The translations under genes and the position numbers were made by a program. Shown here piece by piece: positions 63,346-64,000 of a stretch of 64,000 bases of DNA. Under the pieces are notes generated by a model. The model ran no database searches and had not been told where the DNA came from. It worked only from the letters and a program-made list of their open reading frames with translations. How positions within the stretch are numbered: position 1 is the first letter of the stretch; each line of letters opens with the position of its first letter. The stretch comes from the human T2T-CHM13v2.0 reference genome, Homo sapiens, in NCBI RefSeq assembly GCF_009914755.1, contig NC_060948.1; one strand, 5' to 3'.

Positions 63346-64000
63346 CTCACTTCAAGAATGAAGCTGCAGACCTTACTGGTGAGTGTTACAGCACTTAAAG
63401 GTGTTATGTCCAGAGATTTTTCCTTCAGATGTGTCCAGGGTTTCTGTCTTCTGGCAGGTTCATGGTCTTGCTCACTTCCAGAATGAAGCTGCAGACTTTA
63501 GTGGTGAGTGTTACAGCACTTAAAGTTGTTATGTCCAGAGTTTTTTCCTTCAGATGTGTCCAGCGTTTCTTCCTTCTGGCAGGTTCATGGTCTTGCTCAC
63601 TTCAAGAATGAAGCTGCAGACCTTACTGTTGAGTGTTAAAGCACTTAAAGGTGTTATATCCAGATTTTGTTCCTTCAGATGTGTACAGAGTTTCTTCCTT
63701 CTGGCAGGTTCATGGTGTTGCTCACTTCAACAATGAAGCTGCAGACCTTACTGTTGAGTGTTACAGCACTTAAAAGTGTTATGTCCAGAGTTTTTTCCTT
63801 CAGATGTGTCCAGAGTTTCTTCCTTCTGGCAGGTTCGTGGTCTTGCTCACTTCCTTAATGAAGCTGCAGACCTTACTGGTGAGTGTTACAGCACTTAAAG
63901 GTGTTATGTCCAGAGTTTGTTCCTTCAGATGTGTCCAGTGTTTCTTCCTTCTGGCAGGTTCATGGTGTTGCTCACTTCAAGAATGAAGCTGCAGACCTTA

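Larger units (their letters stand above)
1..64000. repeat. DYZ19: 125-bp tandem satellite array (~512 monomers), most likely DYZ19 of the human/great-ape Y chromosome
   Basis: Seen: the motif tgaagctgcagacc recurs every 125 bp from position 1 to 63984, a net drift of only -17 bp over 512 units. ORF starts recur at 125-bp steps and no unique sequence interrupts the array. Knowledge (from memory): DYZ19 is a Yq heterochromatic island of thousands of 125-bp repeats related to LTR12. The satellite call is essentially certain; the DYZ19 name needs alignment to confirm. Confidence 0.9.
1..64000 (-). mobile_element. Monomers derived from an ERV9/LTR12-family LTR U5 fragment (LTR sense on the minus strand); amplified relic, not an intact element
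   Basis: Monomer segments acttcaagaatgaagc, tgaagctgcagacctt..ggtgagtgttacagc and gagtttgttccttc..gatgtgt..gagtttcttccttctgg match the antisense LTR12 3' end as I recall it (GACTTCAAGAATGAAGCCGCGGACCCTCGCGGTGAGTGTTACAGCTCTTAA...GGAGTTTGTTCCTTC...GGAGTTTCTTCCTTCTGGTGGGTTCGTGGTCTC...GTGAAGCTGCAGACCTTCGCGGTGAGTGTTACAGC). No U3 promoter, primer-binding site or gag/pol/env sequence is present. Confidence 0.85.

Noticed and set aside
25-63986. Hundreds of 60-147 aa + strand ORFs (MFLQMCPEFLPSGRFMVLLTSRMKLQ...)
   Set aside because: They are translations of the repeat. Because 125 is not divisible by 3, the frame rotates each monomer and hits the recurrent tga/taa stops. Longer ORFs arise only from chance indels or lost stops, and there is no sign of codon-level selection or a recognisable domain.
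1-64000. CRISPR-like or cassette (integron/diversity-generating) array
   Set aside because: There are no unique spacers or cassettes. The entire 125 bp is repeated with only point variants, and no cas, integrase or reverse transcriptase gene is present.
1-64000. Alpha satellite, HSat2/3, beta satellite or 5S rDNA/snRNA tandem genes
   Set aside because: The unit is 125 bp rather than 171, 68 or 5 bp. It has no CENP-B box or CATTC runs, and no resemblance to 5S rRNA or Pol III internal promoter boxes that I can recognise.
1-64000. Intact LTR promoter or provirus
   Set aside because: Only a U5-like fragment is repeated. I saw no CCAAT/GATA-rich U3 enhancer repeats, TATA box, primer-binding site or retroviral coding sequence.
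1-64000. Inversions or inserted Alu/L1 elements within the array
   Set aside because: None were seen. Monomer phase can be followed continuously in one orientation across the whole window.

Overview
The whole 64 kb window is one uninterrupted head-to-tail tandem array of a 125-bp monomer (about 512 copies, all in the same orientation). By-eye consensus: tgaagctgcagaccttactggtgagtgttacagcacttaaaggtgttatgtccagagtttgttccttcagatgtgtccagagtttcttccttctggcaggttcatggtcttgctcacttcaagaa (about 45% GC, T-rich on +, no CpG). The monomer closely resembles the reverse complement of the U5 end of the primate ERV9 LTR (LTR12 family). The unit length and this origin match my recollection of DYZ19, the 125-bp heterochromatic island on the human Y long arm; this is recognition from memory, not a database result. 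The hundreds of 60-147 aa ORFs are translations of the repeat, not genes, and there is no CRISPR array, RNA gene or inserted element. I found no new protein-coding system. The interesting signal is the array's internal structure: an ordered succession of monomer variant classes, many recent multi-monomer duplications (5, 6, 8, 9, 15, 16 and 21/22 units), indel lineage markers, CpG-bearing LTR12-like relic monomers and an indel excess at the left end. Each monomer also carries a splice-site-bounded, stop-free 75-nt cryptic exon. Duplication boundaries were read by eye and are approximate.
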